64,000 bases of DNA, from the NCBI RefSeq assembly GCF_009914755.1, contig NC_060925.1. One strand, written 5' to 3'. This stretch comes from the human T2T-CHM13v2.0 reference genome, Homo sapiens. The position numbers and the translations under genes were made by a program. Position 1 is the stretch's first letter. Every line of letters starts with the position of its first letter. Shown one piece after another: positions 45,037-60,743 of this stretch. The notes under the pieces are model-generated. The model was not told where the DNA came from, did no database searches, and saw only the letters and a program-made list of their open reading frames with translations.

Positions 45037-45189
45037 AGCTGCACTCTCTCACAGTGGGAGTCCAGGGGTAGTTCCAGAAGGGAACGGAACATTTCTCGAT
45101 GATACTCACAATGTTAGTGAATGGCGAGAAGTCCTTACAGGTGAAGAGATTCCCTTTGAATTTGAAGCAAGAGGAAAGTTAAGACACAG
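45037..45189 (+). CDS. VPS13D: VPS13D exon R, 153 nt, phase 2-2 (AALSHSGSPGVVPEGNG...EEIPFEFEARGKLRHR)
   Basis: ggttccag acceptor, CAG|gtaaag donor, open frame. Confidence 0.92.
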
Positions 45190-45281
45190 GTAAAGTATGG
45201 TTTATTCTTTTCTTTAAAAAAAAGAAAGTGGATGTAAGTGAGGGTCCCTAGTGTTTTGTCTTTTTACTTTCCTTATAAATG

Positions 45282-45812
<531 letters not shown>

Positions 45813-47511
45813 TCCTTTTAAAAAATAAAGACTTTGCTGCCATCTTGGAAATACATGTCTTTTCATTAACTATCCATTTATTTGACATATGAGGTGATAA
45901 CCTGTGTGTTTCACAGAATTTGGTGGAAACATAGACATATCATAACCCTCAAGTTTATTGCATCTTGGCCTGATTTTCATGATGGATTGGTGATATGGTA
46001 TTCTTAAAAGATTCTCAAAGCATGTTGATTTCAATTTTAATTTACATATATGCCACGTAGTACTTTTAACAAGCAGCTAGTTTCAGGACTCAAAGCTAAT
46101 AAGAAGACAAATTCTGATTCTAAAAAGAACTGATCTGGGGAGACTGCTAGCTGATGCATTCCTGAAGTACCCATACTCAAAACTGGAATGAATGTGAGAA
46201 AATGTTCTATCTGATTACTGAGAGATCATAAAATATCCAATAAAGTGTTGTATTATTTACAAGTATTTTTCTATGCACAGGCTATCCAGTGGATATGAAT
46301 AGGTTAAGACAGCATTTGAATAGGTTAAGATTTAGTATTTGAGCCTCATATTTGTTTTCAAGCTGAGCTGAAATTGAAGAGATTGGCTTTAGCTTTCTGT
46401 AATCATGTGCTTTTTGTGGTGCTTTCAGTTCCTGAGTGTAAACTTGCTCCCAAGTCAAGCAGGTTTCCTTTTGCATAGCTTTGGTACCCACACACATTAT
46501 TCCCAAGAAGCAAGAGTTCTGAACGTGTGGGTCTCCAGGGATTTTATAGGGAAAAAAAAAATCACTATGCTGGGCACACATGTGCTTGGAAGCCACTTTA
46601 GCTTCCAGGTAAGAGCAGTGAGCATTTTCCTGTTGGTCCCCACAGTTCTTGGAGAAGCTAACTACAGAACTGTTGGGAACATTTCTGGATAAGCCCATCC
46701 TCTGTCATATCAGAAAGGGTTTGACCTCTTTGTCATTTCTGTTTTTGTTTCCGTATTTCATAATCCATTTCAGGTCCCACTATTCTGCTTGAATTCTTCA
46801 AAATAAATGCCTTTTCTGGCTTTTTCCCCTTTTGGCACACTGCACCCCACTCCTTGCCTCCCTCCCCGCTTCCTGTCAGCCTCAAATCTAGTTCCCCATT
46901 TCACTTCTGGCTTGAATTAGGCAAAATCTAAAATAGAATTAAATGTGCAGTTTCCTCCTGTTCCTCCTGTTCTGCCCACTGCCTTCTGCTCCAGTTTCAG
47001 TCGAGCACAGGAGCCCTGAAATGAGCGCTGTGCCTCTCCTGCCCTGTCTGTAGTCACGTAGGGCTGGAGCCAAACAACTGCATGTGGTTCTGAGCGAATT
47101 AGGATTTCAACAAAGGAACCAAGAATAATTTTTTATGCATTTCCAAGAGTATGGTTATATGATTAAATCGCTACTGCATTTTTACCACCCCAGTGACATC
47201 ATTATATAGGTTGGGGTGAGGGTTGGTGGGGGAAAGACCTTGGCTCGTGTTTAGGTTTTGCGTGGTTTGTACAATGGAGGATAAATGCCACTCTTACTCA
47301 GTCAAGCTTTACAGATCTTGCAGTTTGTGTTGTAAGTGTAAAACCCAGTTAAACTGTGCTCCTGATTTCCCTTGCATTAGGTAATCTCCAAAAGGTTTAG
47401 CCAACTGGGTTTTTACATCATATGTACTAAATCAGATTTGTGTCTTTGCTTCTACTTTTCATCCCTTCTGGAGATTGTGCCTAATATCTTTTTCTTTGTT
47501 CTGCCTGACAG

Positions 47512-47647
47512 ACACACCCATGACCTCCGGATTCATCAACTGCAAGTGAGAGTAAATGGCTGGGAGCAAGTGAGCCCAGTGTCTGTGGACAAAGTCGGGA
47601 CCTTTTTTCGATATGCAGCACCAGATAAAAATTCATCTTCCTCTACG
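47512..47647 (+). CDS. VPS13D: VPS13D exon S, 136 nt, phase 2-0 (HTHDLRIHQLQVRVNGWEQVSPVSVDKVGTFFRY...SSST)
   Basis: cctgacag acceptor, ACG|gtgtgt donor; VDKVG VAB motif. Confidence 0.93.
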
Positions 47648-48742
47648 GTGTGTGACATTCAGGAAGTCAGATGGTTAAGCGACTGTCAGGAAGTCAGATG
47701 GTTAAGCCTGTAATAAGCTTACTCTAATGAAACTTTCTTGTTCTTTCTTTCCCCTAATTCTAGGACTGACTGGGTCAGTCATAGGCATTGGTAATCAATA
47801 TGTAGATAAGCCAGCCAATGGTTAGTTTCAGTAGAAAAACAAGATTTAAAATCAGCAGTAACACATTTCCTCACCTCTGTAGATCCATTTCATGCTAGCT
47901 GGCCTGACTGGCAGTTTACTAGTCTGCTGAACCTGAGTCTTGTTTTTATTTCACATATTGTTATGCTGTCCATATACACTGTGTTTTTAATATTTCTTAT
48001 AATGCAGCACCTTGATCCTTTTACTCTGTGTCTCCAAATCTTTCTCTGTGGCACAAAGAGAGATGTCCACTGTCGTTTATTTTCTGATCACACATGCTCT
48101 CACATACCCTTCCTGCCTGTAGTCCCAGTGGTTGGAGGGACAGCCCAGGAAATGATGCAGGTGGCATCCCTGACTTGTACATGCAGGTGGAGGCTGACAT
48201 CCTGGCTGACAGAGCTGCCATGGGTCCTCTTGCCCCATCCTCCTTCATACTTCATGGAACACTTGCACTTATTTTTGGGTAGCCAGTAGTGAGGTGGAAA
48301 TGCAGACGTGCAGAGATATTGCAGCTTTCTTCATGAAAAATATTCTTAGAAAACACTGTTGCACAACTGTCCATTTTTACTGTTGCTCTTGTGCCCCAAG
48401 TTTCTTACAAAAAAACAAAAACAAAAACAAAAACAAAACCTTTTCAGGATTACTTTTCAGCCTAAGTTTATGTCTAGTAATGACAGGACCAGTTCCCTCA
48501 TAGGTACCTTTCTTACTGCATTGATGTGTTGGGGAGAAATTTGGCATACGTTGAATGGTTATAAAATGAATATTGTTTTTTCCATATCTTTAAGAGGAGA
48601 TGTTTTATCTTCATAGTAGACTATACTTTACTTGAAAGTATTTACAAACACGACCCTTTGAAGAAAATTATGTTGTCATTGAATTTAACGTTGCTAATTA
48701 TCTTAAGTCTGTGCTGACTCTAACTTTTGAAATCTTTTTCAG

Positions 48743-48790
48743 ATTGGCAGCCCAAGCAGCAGAACAAATATTATACATCCCCAGGTTTAT
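48743..48790 (+). CDS. VPS13D: VPS13D exon T, 48 nt, phase 0-0 (IGSPSSRTNIIHPQVY)
   Basis: ctctaac branch point, ctttttcag acceptor, TAT|gtaagt donor. Confidence 0.85.
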
Positions 48791-49257
48791 GTAAGTATGA
48801 TTTTCCTGTTGTCATTGTGTTTATTGCGTATATACACTGCACCTGAATCATGTGGATATACATTTCTTAATGATCAGAGAAACTTTATGACATATATGCG
48901 ATTGAAATTTATCTCTGCCCTTTTCTATTAATGATTACCTTCCTTTTCCAAAAACTTGCAAGAAAATGTTTTCACCTAGCTTGGTGTGTGAGACTAAGTA
49001 TTACAGGGAAGGAGAAGGAAAAGGCAAATGTTTGGTCCAAGGTCTCCTTTTCATTCTAAGTTAAAATAGAAATGAACCCTGGTATGACCATATGTGTTTC
49101 ATAGTTTTGGGTCCAAAGGTCATGAAAGTAAATAAGAAGGAAAAAGTAGCAGTTTATTTCCTCTTTGGCTTTTGAAACATCATCACGAAATGACATTAAC
49201 AAACTTATTCCAGGCTTTTATTTATAATTTCTTCTCCCTGATGATTGTAGGTTTTGA

Positions 49258-49607
<350 letters not shown>

Positions 49608-50960
49608 TAGGATTTTAAGTAATTGTTACTGGCTTTGACTATTGGGGCCTTTTTTGGGTTGGGTCACTGGAAGCTGGAGCTTCGATGATGATTTATGCCT
49701 AGGATTGTGTCCTTCTAAAAACACTCTAGAAAATTGTAGTTTGCCTTTTTGTTTGGACTTCCTAGAAGTCTTGGTTCAAAACATGGAGCTCTTCATTTTA
49801 TTGTTTATTGGATTGACTTTCACTTGCTGTTTGTCTTAATGAGAAAGTTGGCAGAATGAAAAGCTTGAATGTCATGCCATTTGTTTCTCCAGTAAAAAGC
49901 ATTGTTAATATGTTCTGGACACTCATTCTAAGAGTAGTACTTTCAGACTTTTTCTTTGGTGTACCTAACATGGGATTTTTCTACTTTTAAGAAAATTTCC
50001 TGTCACATGGTATTAGCACAAAATGTGTGTTGAATGTGTGAATGAACATATGGAAAAATAACGTAATGGCGGTAACCCAAGACCAAAATAAATAATTGCC
50101 CTTCATTATGTTGAGTTTCTGAACCTTGGTGTCCTTTTTATGAACAAGTGATTATTTTTAAAGTTCTTTAAAATACAGACATTGGTTTTTGTGTAGACAT
50201 GTCAACAAATAATATATGGACCTAAATAATATATTTTATGACATTTAGAAAAAAAGAAGTTATTATTTGTTCCTATGAAAGGCACACCAATGCAGACAAT
50301 TCTTTCTTTTACACTTTCTGGATTTTACAAAGACAAATGTTAATCTCAGAAGACTTCCTTCTGTTTTTCTGTATTTGGGCAGTACCCAAGCCATTGTTTG
50401 GATATTAATCTAGGAGGAAAATAACACAGAAGGTAAATCATTTAATGTTTTGCAAAGTCCTACCTCATTATTTCTAATTTTAATTGTGTTGGATGTTCTT
50501 TATTTAATTCCCTGCCAGTAGAGTAGAAGACAAGCCTTTTTCAGTTTCGTTGTAAGGAACTCAGGGGCTTTATGAATCAAGGATAATTTCCAGCAGATAC
50601 TTTCTTACCAAATTACAGGAAGTTTGGAAAATTGGATAGGTTATTATCACAGTCTCAGGTGAATGTTTTTAATAATGTTTCTAGAGGCTTAGGACTGATT
50701 TTTCTTAGTGACACACTTTGTGATATCACATCTGAGTGGATTATCTGTTTTTGTAGAACTTTTTAGAATTTTTTTTTTTAACAGTGTATAGGATGTTTAC
50801 TCCCTTTAAAGTTGAATGGCTTTAGGGTTTTATGACTGATTTCACTGAAGAACTATAGTAGTAATAAGACACTTTTAAGGTAGACATTCTGATCGATATT
50901 ATTGTATTTTATATGTTTTTTCAGAAACATAACTATTTTGTCTTTATCGCTCTTTCACAG

Positions 50961-51111
50961 TTCTCTTCACTCCCACCAGTGCGGGTGGTCTTTGCAGTGA
51001 CTATGGAAGGCAGTGCACGGAAAGTCATCACTGTCCGGTCAGCCCTCATTGTGAGGAACAGACTTGAGACACCAATGGAACTAAGACTGGATAGCCCATC
51101 AGCTCCAGACA
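50961..51111 (+). CDS. VPS13D: VPS13D exon U, 151 nt, phase 0-1 (FSSLPPVRVVFAVTMEGSARKVITVRSALIVRNRLETP...APD)
   Basis: ctttcacag acceptor, ACA|gtatgt donor. Confidence 0.94.
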
Positions 51112-51301
51112 GTATGTTTTGATTGTCTAGCATATAGTAAATGCTGATAAATACTTCTTGACTGTTGTCAAGTCTCTTTTTCCCCAGTGGTATCTTCCCC
51201 AGCAGTCAGTATATATGGTCTGTCTTCTTTTGTCCTGAGATGGTCAATCTTTGGGGTGGAGGACCATTGCCTGAAAGTGTTAACCCTTATTTCTGTGGCA
51301 G

Positions 51302-51512
51302 AGCCAGTGGTGCTTCCTGCTATCATGCCAGGGGATTCGTTTGCTGTGCCTTTACACCTCACTTCTTGGCGGCTACAGGCCCGGCCCAAAGGATTGGGTG
51401 TATTTTTCTGTAAGGCTCCCATTCATTGGACCAATGTAGTGAAGACTGCAGAAATTAGTAGCAGTAAACGAGAGTGCCACTCTATGGACACAGAAAAAAG
51501 CCGATTTTTCAG
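51302..51512 (+). CDS. VPS13D: VPS13D exon V, 211 nt, phase 1-2 (KPVVLPAIMPGDSFAVPL...SRFFR)
   Basis: ctgtggcag acceptor, CAG|gtatgt donor. Confidence 0.94.
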
Positions 51513-53401
51513 GTATGTAGCACCACTGCAGTGACATGTCACTTTTGCCTTTTTTTTTTCTTTTGGAATGACTATTACCATTCTTTCTCTAAAGACCCTT
51601 AGAGATTCAGTTATCTTTATTTAAACTCTAAAGTTCTTATTCCTTGAGTTTTAGTTAGAGTTCATGAGAACTCAAGTGCTAACGGTTGGTGGGGTCTGGG
51701 GAGGCTTTATTACATGGGAGAGACAGCCAACACACATGCTATTTACACATACAAGATTAGAAGTTTGTGTTGTACAACAGCATAAAGAGAGGACATATAG
51801 AGACGGGAAGGAAAACAAACAGAAAATAACGAGTTCTCATTCCAAAATTGGAAAGCAAAATCCTGGGGTTTGGAGTTTTTTGAATGAGAGATTTCAAAAT
51901 AATTTGAAGGTTTATGTACCTCATACTGACTTTCTTGAGAACTTTGACAAAATTGCCTAACCATTTAAACTCCTGTTTTCCCATTATACGGGAGTATGTT
52001 ACTAGATTCAGTGTTGGAAATAATACTGGATTGCTATGTTACACCCTAACAAATTTAGACTTTCAACTTATTTAATGAGGATTAGCTTTAGTTTCTTTTA
52101 TAGTGAAGACAGGCATTCATTTAGTCTAAACTTAGAGAAAAGATACAAGAATAGTGTAAAGAATTTCATTATACTCTTTACCCAGATCTGCAAATTGTTA
52201 ACAGACTAAAGGAAGAAATACATCAAATACATAGCTGGAGTTGGTGATTTTAACACTTCTATTTCAGTAATTTATAGAACAAAGAAATCAATAAATATGT
52301 AAAAGATTTGAACAATGTTATCAATGAGCTTGTTATAATAGACATTTATATACAGATTATACATTCTTTTCAAGTATATGTGGAACACTTATCAAGAGAG
52401 ATCATCTGCTGGGCCATAAAACAAAGATCAATAAATATTAAAGAACTAAAACCATACAGAATGTATTTCCTGATCACAATAGAAGTAAACTAGAAATAAA
52501 CAATAAGAAGATACCTAATCCCAAATATTGGGACATTAAACAATGTATTTGTAAATAATCCATGGGTCAAAAAAGAGAAATCACAAAGGAACTTAGAAAA
52601 TATTTTGAATCAAAAGGTAATAAAAGGCAGACATGTTTAAATATGGGGGATGCAGCAAAACCAGTTCCGAGGGTAGAAGTTATAGTTTGTAAATCCTCAT
52701 ATTAGAAAATGGGGAAGATCTTTGGTTAAGTCTCAATTAATTTAAAAAAAGAAAAGAAAATGAAGAATATATAAAATTGCTGATTTAATCTTCTGCCTTC
52801 AGAAGTTAGTTAAAGAACAGCAAATTCAAAACAAATAGGAAAAGGAAACAATAAAAATATGGATGGAAATCAGTGAACTAGAAAATAGAAAATCAACAAT
52901 GTCAAAATTGACATAAATTTGACAAACTTCTAGCAAGACTTGCTGAAGGAGAAAAGACAGAACACACAAATTACCAATATAAGGAATGAAAAAAATGAGG
53001 CACTATTACAGATCCTATAGACATAAAAAGGATGAAAAGGAGGTAAGAACAATTTTATGCCAGTACATTCCAGATGTAAATGACACCTTTCTTGAAAAAC
53101 ACAAGTTATCAAAACTGATACAAAGAAGAAATAGAAAATCCAAATAACCCAGTATCTAAATTAAAAGAACTTCAACTGTTAGAAAAGCCTTTGTCCACAA
53201 AGAACACTATAGGCCCATATAACATTACTAGTGAATTCTACCAGACGTTTAAGGAGAAATAATAACAGTTTTACACAAGATCTCTCAGAAAATAGAAGAG
53301 GAAAGAACAATTCCGAACTCATTTTATGAGGCCAACATATCCCTAATACCAAAACCTGATACAGCTACTATGTAAAAACTGTGAGCCAGTGTTCCCCATG
53401 A

Positions 53402-54045
<644 letters not shown>

Positions 54046-54146
54046 TGAAATGCAATCCAGCAAGTGGTTTATCCCAGAAATTTAAGATTAGCTTAATATT
54101 TGAAAATCAGTAAATGTAACTCATCATATTAAGAGACTAAAAGAAA

Positions 54147-55869
<1,723 letters not shown>

Positions 55870-56115
55870 CTATAATTTATTTTGGATGGTGTTTATAGAG
55901 GTGTGTATAATTGTCAGAGCTCATCAAACTGAACATTTAAAATCTATACATATTATTGTGCATTTATATCTTAATAAATGTATTTGGATTGAAAACTGCA
56001 AATAATTTTACTCATTGAACCATCTTAATGTTATTCTTTCTCATACTTAGCTAAGGAGAAAAAATTTAAGTTCTTCATTAAGTCTGATGATTTTTACACC
56101 ATTTTATCTTCATAG

Positions 56116-56363
56116 GTTTTGTGTGGCTATAAAGAAAGAGAATTATCCAGATTATATGCCCTCAAACATATTTTCTGACAGTGCAAAACAGATTTTCAGA
56201 CAGCCTGGGCATACCATATATCTCCTGCCAACTGTGGTAATCTGCAACTTGCTACCCTGTGAACTTGATTTTTATGTTAAAGGAATGCCAATTAATGGGA
56301 CGCTGAAACCTGGCAAGGAGGCAGCTCTCCATACAGCTGATACATCCCAGAACATTGAGCTGG
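56116..56363 (+). CDS. VPS13D: VPS13D exon W, 248 nt, phase 2-1 (FCVAIKKENYP...PTVVICNLLPCEL...NIEL)
   Basis: cttcatag acceptor, TGG|gtaaga donor. Confidence 0.95.
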
Positions 56364-56526
56364 GTAAGAATGTAGTCAGATGATCATTTGTCATAATCCT
56401 ATGAAAATATCAATGAGTATTTTGTGATTATTTATTTGGTAAGCATCTTGGAGAAATTGGGGCACATATAATATCTCAATAAGCCAGCTCAAAGGAATCA
56501 GTGCAGTTAAAAAAAAATAACCTTTA

Positions 56527-56686
56527 GCTAGAGGTGGCGGCAGTACATGCCTGTAGTCCCAGCTTCTCAGGAGGCTGAGGCGGGAAGATTACTTGAGTCT
56601 AGAAGTTCGAGGCTTCAGTGAGCTATGTTCACGCTACTGCCCACCAGCCTGAGCAACAAAGTAAGACCCTGTCTCTTAAAAAAAAA
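56527..56686 (+). mobile_element. Alu monomer (FRAM-like)
   Basis: gcctgtagtcccagc...gaccctgtctcttaaaaa. Confidence 0.78.
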
Positions 56687-57023
56687 GAACTTATAGAAAA
56701 GGATGAGAAAAAACTTATCAAGCCGAAAGGTTTACAGAGGAGGCACTCAACAGAGCCTTTTTTCTTACATTGCTACATGATGTATGATTGTAGGAAGTCA
56801 TTTCATCTTTTTAAACTATGCTTTTCCCAAGCAAAATCTTATGCCTCTTCTCTTTTTATTGAAAGTATAAACGTTTGCTAAGCACTCACTCTATTCCAGG
56901 CATACCTGGGCTTTTTCACACTTGTAATCTCATGTAATCCTTATAGAAATAGTTATTTGCCCCATTTTACTGGGGAAGAAATGGGGGTTTGGAATGCATC
57001 AAGTAATTTTCAGTTGTAAGGGT

Positions 57024-57449
57024 TGTTAAAAGGAAAAGTTCAGCCAAATTAAATTTAAATGAGTTTAACTGAGCAATGAACAATTTGCAAATTGGGCAGC
57101 CCCCAGAATCACAGCAGATTCAGAGAGACTCCAGGGATGCCTCGTGGTCAGAACAAATGTATAGGCCAAAAAGGAAGTGACGTACAGAAATCAGAGGTGA
57201 AGTACAGAATCAGCTGGATTGGTTACAGGTTGGTGTTTGCCTTATTTGAACACAGTTGGAATACTCAGCAGTGTATGAGTGGGTTGAAGTGTGGCCCCTG
57301 GGATTGGCCAAGACTCAGCTGTTGTTACAGGTGCATAATCCTAAATCAGGTCTTCAATCTTGTCTACCTATTAAGTTAGCTGGCAGTTCATCCACAAAGA
57401 TTCATATAGAAGTACGGAGTCCTCAGGCCATATTTAGTTTGCTTTAACA
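57024..57449 (-). mobile_element. MER57-family ERV1 solo LTR
   Basis: tgttaaa...tttaaca termini, 4-bp gggt TSD, minus strand begins tgttaaagcaaactaaatatggcctgag. Confidence 0.85.
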
Positions 57450-57509
57450 GGGTGAATGAAGTCAAAGTAGAGAATCATTGTCATATTTGCAACACTTGAA
57501 ACAAAGAGG

Positions 57510-57720
57510 AATGGTGATCATGGTTAACAATATTGTATGGTGTATTTCATAAGAGCTAGAAGAGAGGATTTTTAGTATTCTAATTAGAAACGATGAATGT
57601 TTGAGATGATGAAAATGCTAAATACCCTAATTTGATCATTTCACAATGTGTATATGTATTGAGACATCTCACTGTACCCCCAAAATATGTACAGTTATTA
57701 TTATGTGTCGATTAAAAATT
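57510..57720 (+). mobile_element. L1MA-type 3' end
   Basis: gctagaagagaggattt...taccctaatttgatcatt...actgtaccccc. Confidence 0.75.
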
Positions 57721-57790
57721 TAATTTTTTTTTGAGATGGAGTCTCACTCTGTCACCCAGGGTTAGAATATCAAAATATCTAATTTATATC

Positions 57791-57827
57791 TAATCATATG
57801 GGTTAGGATATCTAACCCATATGATTA
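57791..57827. repeat. Perfect 16-bp inverted repeat with 5-nt loop
   Basis: taatcatatgggttag-gatat-ctaacccatatgatta. Confidence 0.95.
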
Positions 57828-58040
57828 TGCAATTTAGGCTCTCTAGTGTGATTCCAGGCCTTCTGGTTTGCTTATATTGATCCCTACCCTAGCTAGAGAG
57901 AAAGAGCCATTCTAATGAAGATTTTTGCAGTTAGATACTTAGTTATTGGTTTTTCCAAAAGGAATCCAATTTACTTTTGCTGTGAGCTATTTTGACAAAT
58001 AGTGAGAACTCTGAAAGTTAATAGTTTGTATCTTCTTTAG

Positions 58041-58232
58041 GGGTATCACTGGAGAATTTCCCCCTCTGTAAAGAATTGCTCATTCCACCTGGAACCCAAA
58101 ACTATATGGTGAGAATGCGACTCTATGACGTCAACCGTCGGCAGCTGAACCTCACCATCCGGATTGTGTGTCGAGCAGAAGGATCCTTAAAGATCTTCAT
58201 TTCTGCTCCATATTGGCTGATTAACAAAACAG
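58041..58232 (+). CDS. VPS13D: VPS13D exon X, 192 nt, phase 1-1 (GVSLENFPLCKEL...ISAPYWLINKT)
   Basis: ttctttag acceptor, CAG|gtacat donor; APYWLINKTG VAB motif. Confidence 0.95.
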
Positions 58233-58539
58233 GTACATACAGGGGCTGCTCAAGTAGGTCTTTGGCGTTAGTCATGGGAATTCAGATTTATTTGCTTAGC
58301 TAACTAAATGGAGCCAATGCAAATAGATTACTTCAACAGTCTGAGCTGCTGAAACATTCCTGCTTCCATCATAAATGCTTAATCATGCTCAAAACTGTCT
58401 TTTTAGGCAAGAAACTGAGCCCACTAAATAGATTCAGTTTTCACTCTTTTCCCGCTTGATGGTTTTATTCATTCACCATTTGCATCTCTTTCAGATAGAC
58501 TGGGTGGTATTGATGTAAACTTTTCTCTCCTTCCTAAAG

Positions 58540-58666
58540 GGTTGCCACTGATCTTCAGACAGGACAATGCCAAGACAGATGCTGCAGGCCAGTTTGAGGA
58601 GCATGAGCTGGCCCGTAGCCTGAGTCCTCTCTTATTCTGCTATGCTGACAAAGAGCAGCCAAACCT
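58540..58666 (+). CDS. VPS13D: VPS13D exon Y, 127 nt, phase 1-2 (GLPLIFRQDNAKTDAAGQFEEHELARSLSPLLFCYADKEQPNL)
   Basis: ttcctaaag acceptor, CCT|gtgagt donor. Confidence 0.94.
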
Positions 58667-59865
58667 GTGAGTACAGTTATTTATGGGAAGGGGAAATAAG
58701 CTCCCAGGGAAGGGAAGAAATTAGTAAAGGCTATAATATATCCGTGTAAGTAGAAATATACTGTAGATAACAATCCTGACTTGGCAGGGGAATAGAACCA
58801 TGACCTAATGGGATTTTTGGGGATCTAATTTCTATGTTATTTGATACTGAAAATAAACCATTTGGTTGGTTTATAATGAAAGCTAGTTTTATTTTACATG
58901 CATTGAAGTAGTTTTCCTATTCATAACTCTGCCAACGAAGAGAAAGCCACGAGTTCTCCTTCTCTGCTCTGCAGTTTTTCTTCCCCTGTAAACTTGGAGC
59001 ACAGGCACAGGAGCTGTCATCAGAATGGACATAGGCTGGTTCTTTGGTGAAGCCGTCAGCCTCATTAATCCAATCCAGGATTTGTATCACATTTGGAAAT
59101 TCATCCCTTTTACCTTTGAAGTAAAATGTGCCATTTTATGGTCTCAGAGCACTCATTGCATGTTTAAAAGCAGGGACAAAAAACAACTGTGAGGATTAGA
59201 TGACATGTGCTTTTAATGTATGGTAGGAGCATTAATTCACTTTTGTTCTTGGTTTTGACATTTTGCTTTTTACAAGAGTCTTTTAATAGAGCTCTAATCA
59301 AAGATAAATGAGTGTATCCAATAATGCTAAAATGCCATACCGTGTTATCGGTAGAATCGTGCTGACAGCTTAACAGAAAGTCTTCTGGGGTACCACACTT
59401 CAGTGGGTACTGATGTGTTTACAAGGGAAGGTTGGAGTGTAGATTACCGTTTGAGGCATGGAAAGAGGATTGATGAGAGTTCTGGATATTGTAGGGGATG
59501 CAGCCAGCCTCTTGGCATGTGCAGCCAGCCCAGTCTCATTCTTCTCCTGAAATGATTTGGACAGTTTTAGATTTAGGACTTGACATGTGTCACACAGTGT
59601 GTTTTATCTGTGAATTCCACAGTTCCCAAAGCATTTCACATAGACCATCTCATTGGATTCTTCCCACCATCCCAATGGTTTAGGCAGGGCAGGAAATATT
59701 GTTATATTTTAAGATGAGGAAACAGGCTCAGAGAGATTGCTACCTGCCCAAGTTTACATCGCTTGTTAGTGGTAGAGCTGGAACACACATTCAGGAATTA
59801 TGTTGTCGAAATCCATGACAGGACACTGGCCCACTAAACAGTGCTTTGCTATTGTAATAGTATCA

Positions 59866-60161
<296 letters not shown>

Positions 60162-60600
60162 GTATCAGCCCTTAGAAGTAATGCATCATACCTGTATCTT
60201 CTGTACATATGCTTCTTGTGCTTTTTAAAATGAACCCTTGAAACAGCAGAGTCAGGAAAGGATTAGTTTGACTTGAATTCTTTATTTTTAGGGGAATATT
60301 AGAAATTGCACCACTTTCCTCATGTGTTATATTCATAGAATCCTAATGTTTTCTCCTAAAGCATTTAGTTGTAGATGTCAGTAAATTTCACACACTGTTG
60401 TACTGTGGCTGCCTCTAAGATACAGCTTTAACCACTGATGAATTTTGTCACTGTGCTAGGGAATCACATGAGAGTGAGGAAGAGAGTCAGTGGTAGAGAT
60501 GGAACTTGGGTGATAACTGTATTAGTGTTTCCCAATTAGAACAGGCAGATAAGACTTTCTTGTGGATGAATATCTACATCTTTGCTTTTCTGCCCCACAG

Positions 60601-60743
60601 CTGCACGATGAGAATCGGAAGGGGGATTCATCCAGAAGGCATGCCGGGCTGGTGTCAGGGCTTCTCCCTGGATGGTGGTAGTGGTGTCCGAGCTTTGAAA
60701 GTCATCCAGCAAGGAAACCGCCCAGGGCTGATCTATAACATTG
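60601..60743 (+). CDS. VPS13D: VPS13D exon Z, 143 nt, phase 2-1 (CTMRIGRGIHPEGMPGWCQGFSLDGGSGV...LIYNI)
   Basis: ccccacag acceptor, TTG|gtgggt donor. Confidence 0.94.

Noticed and set aside
57800-57818. Resemblance of the hairpin core to an EBNA1 site
   Set aside because: Spacing and core differ from GGRTAGCATATGCTAYCC; single copy
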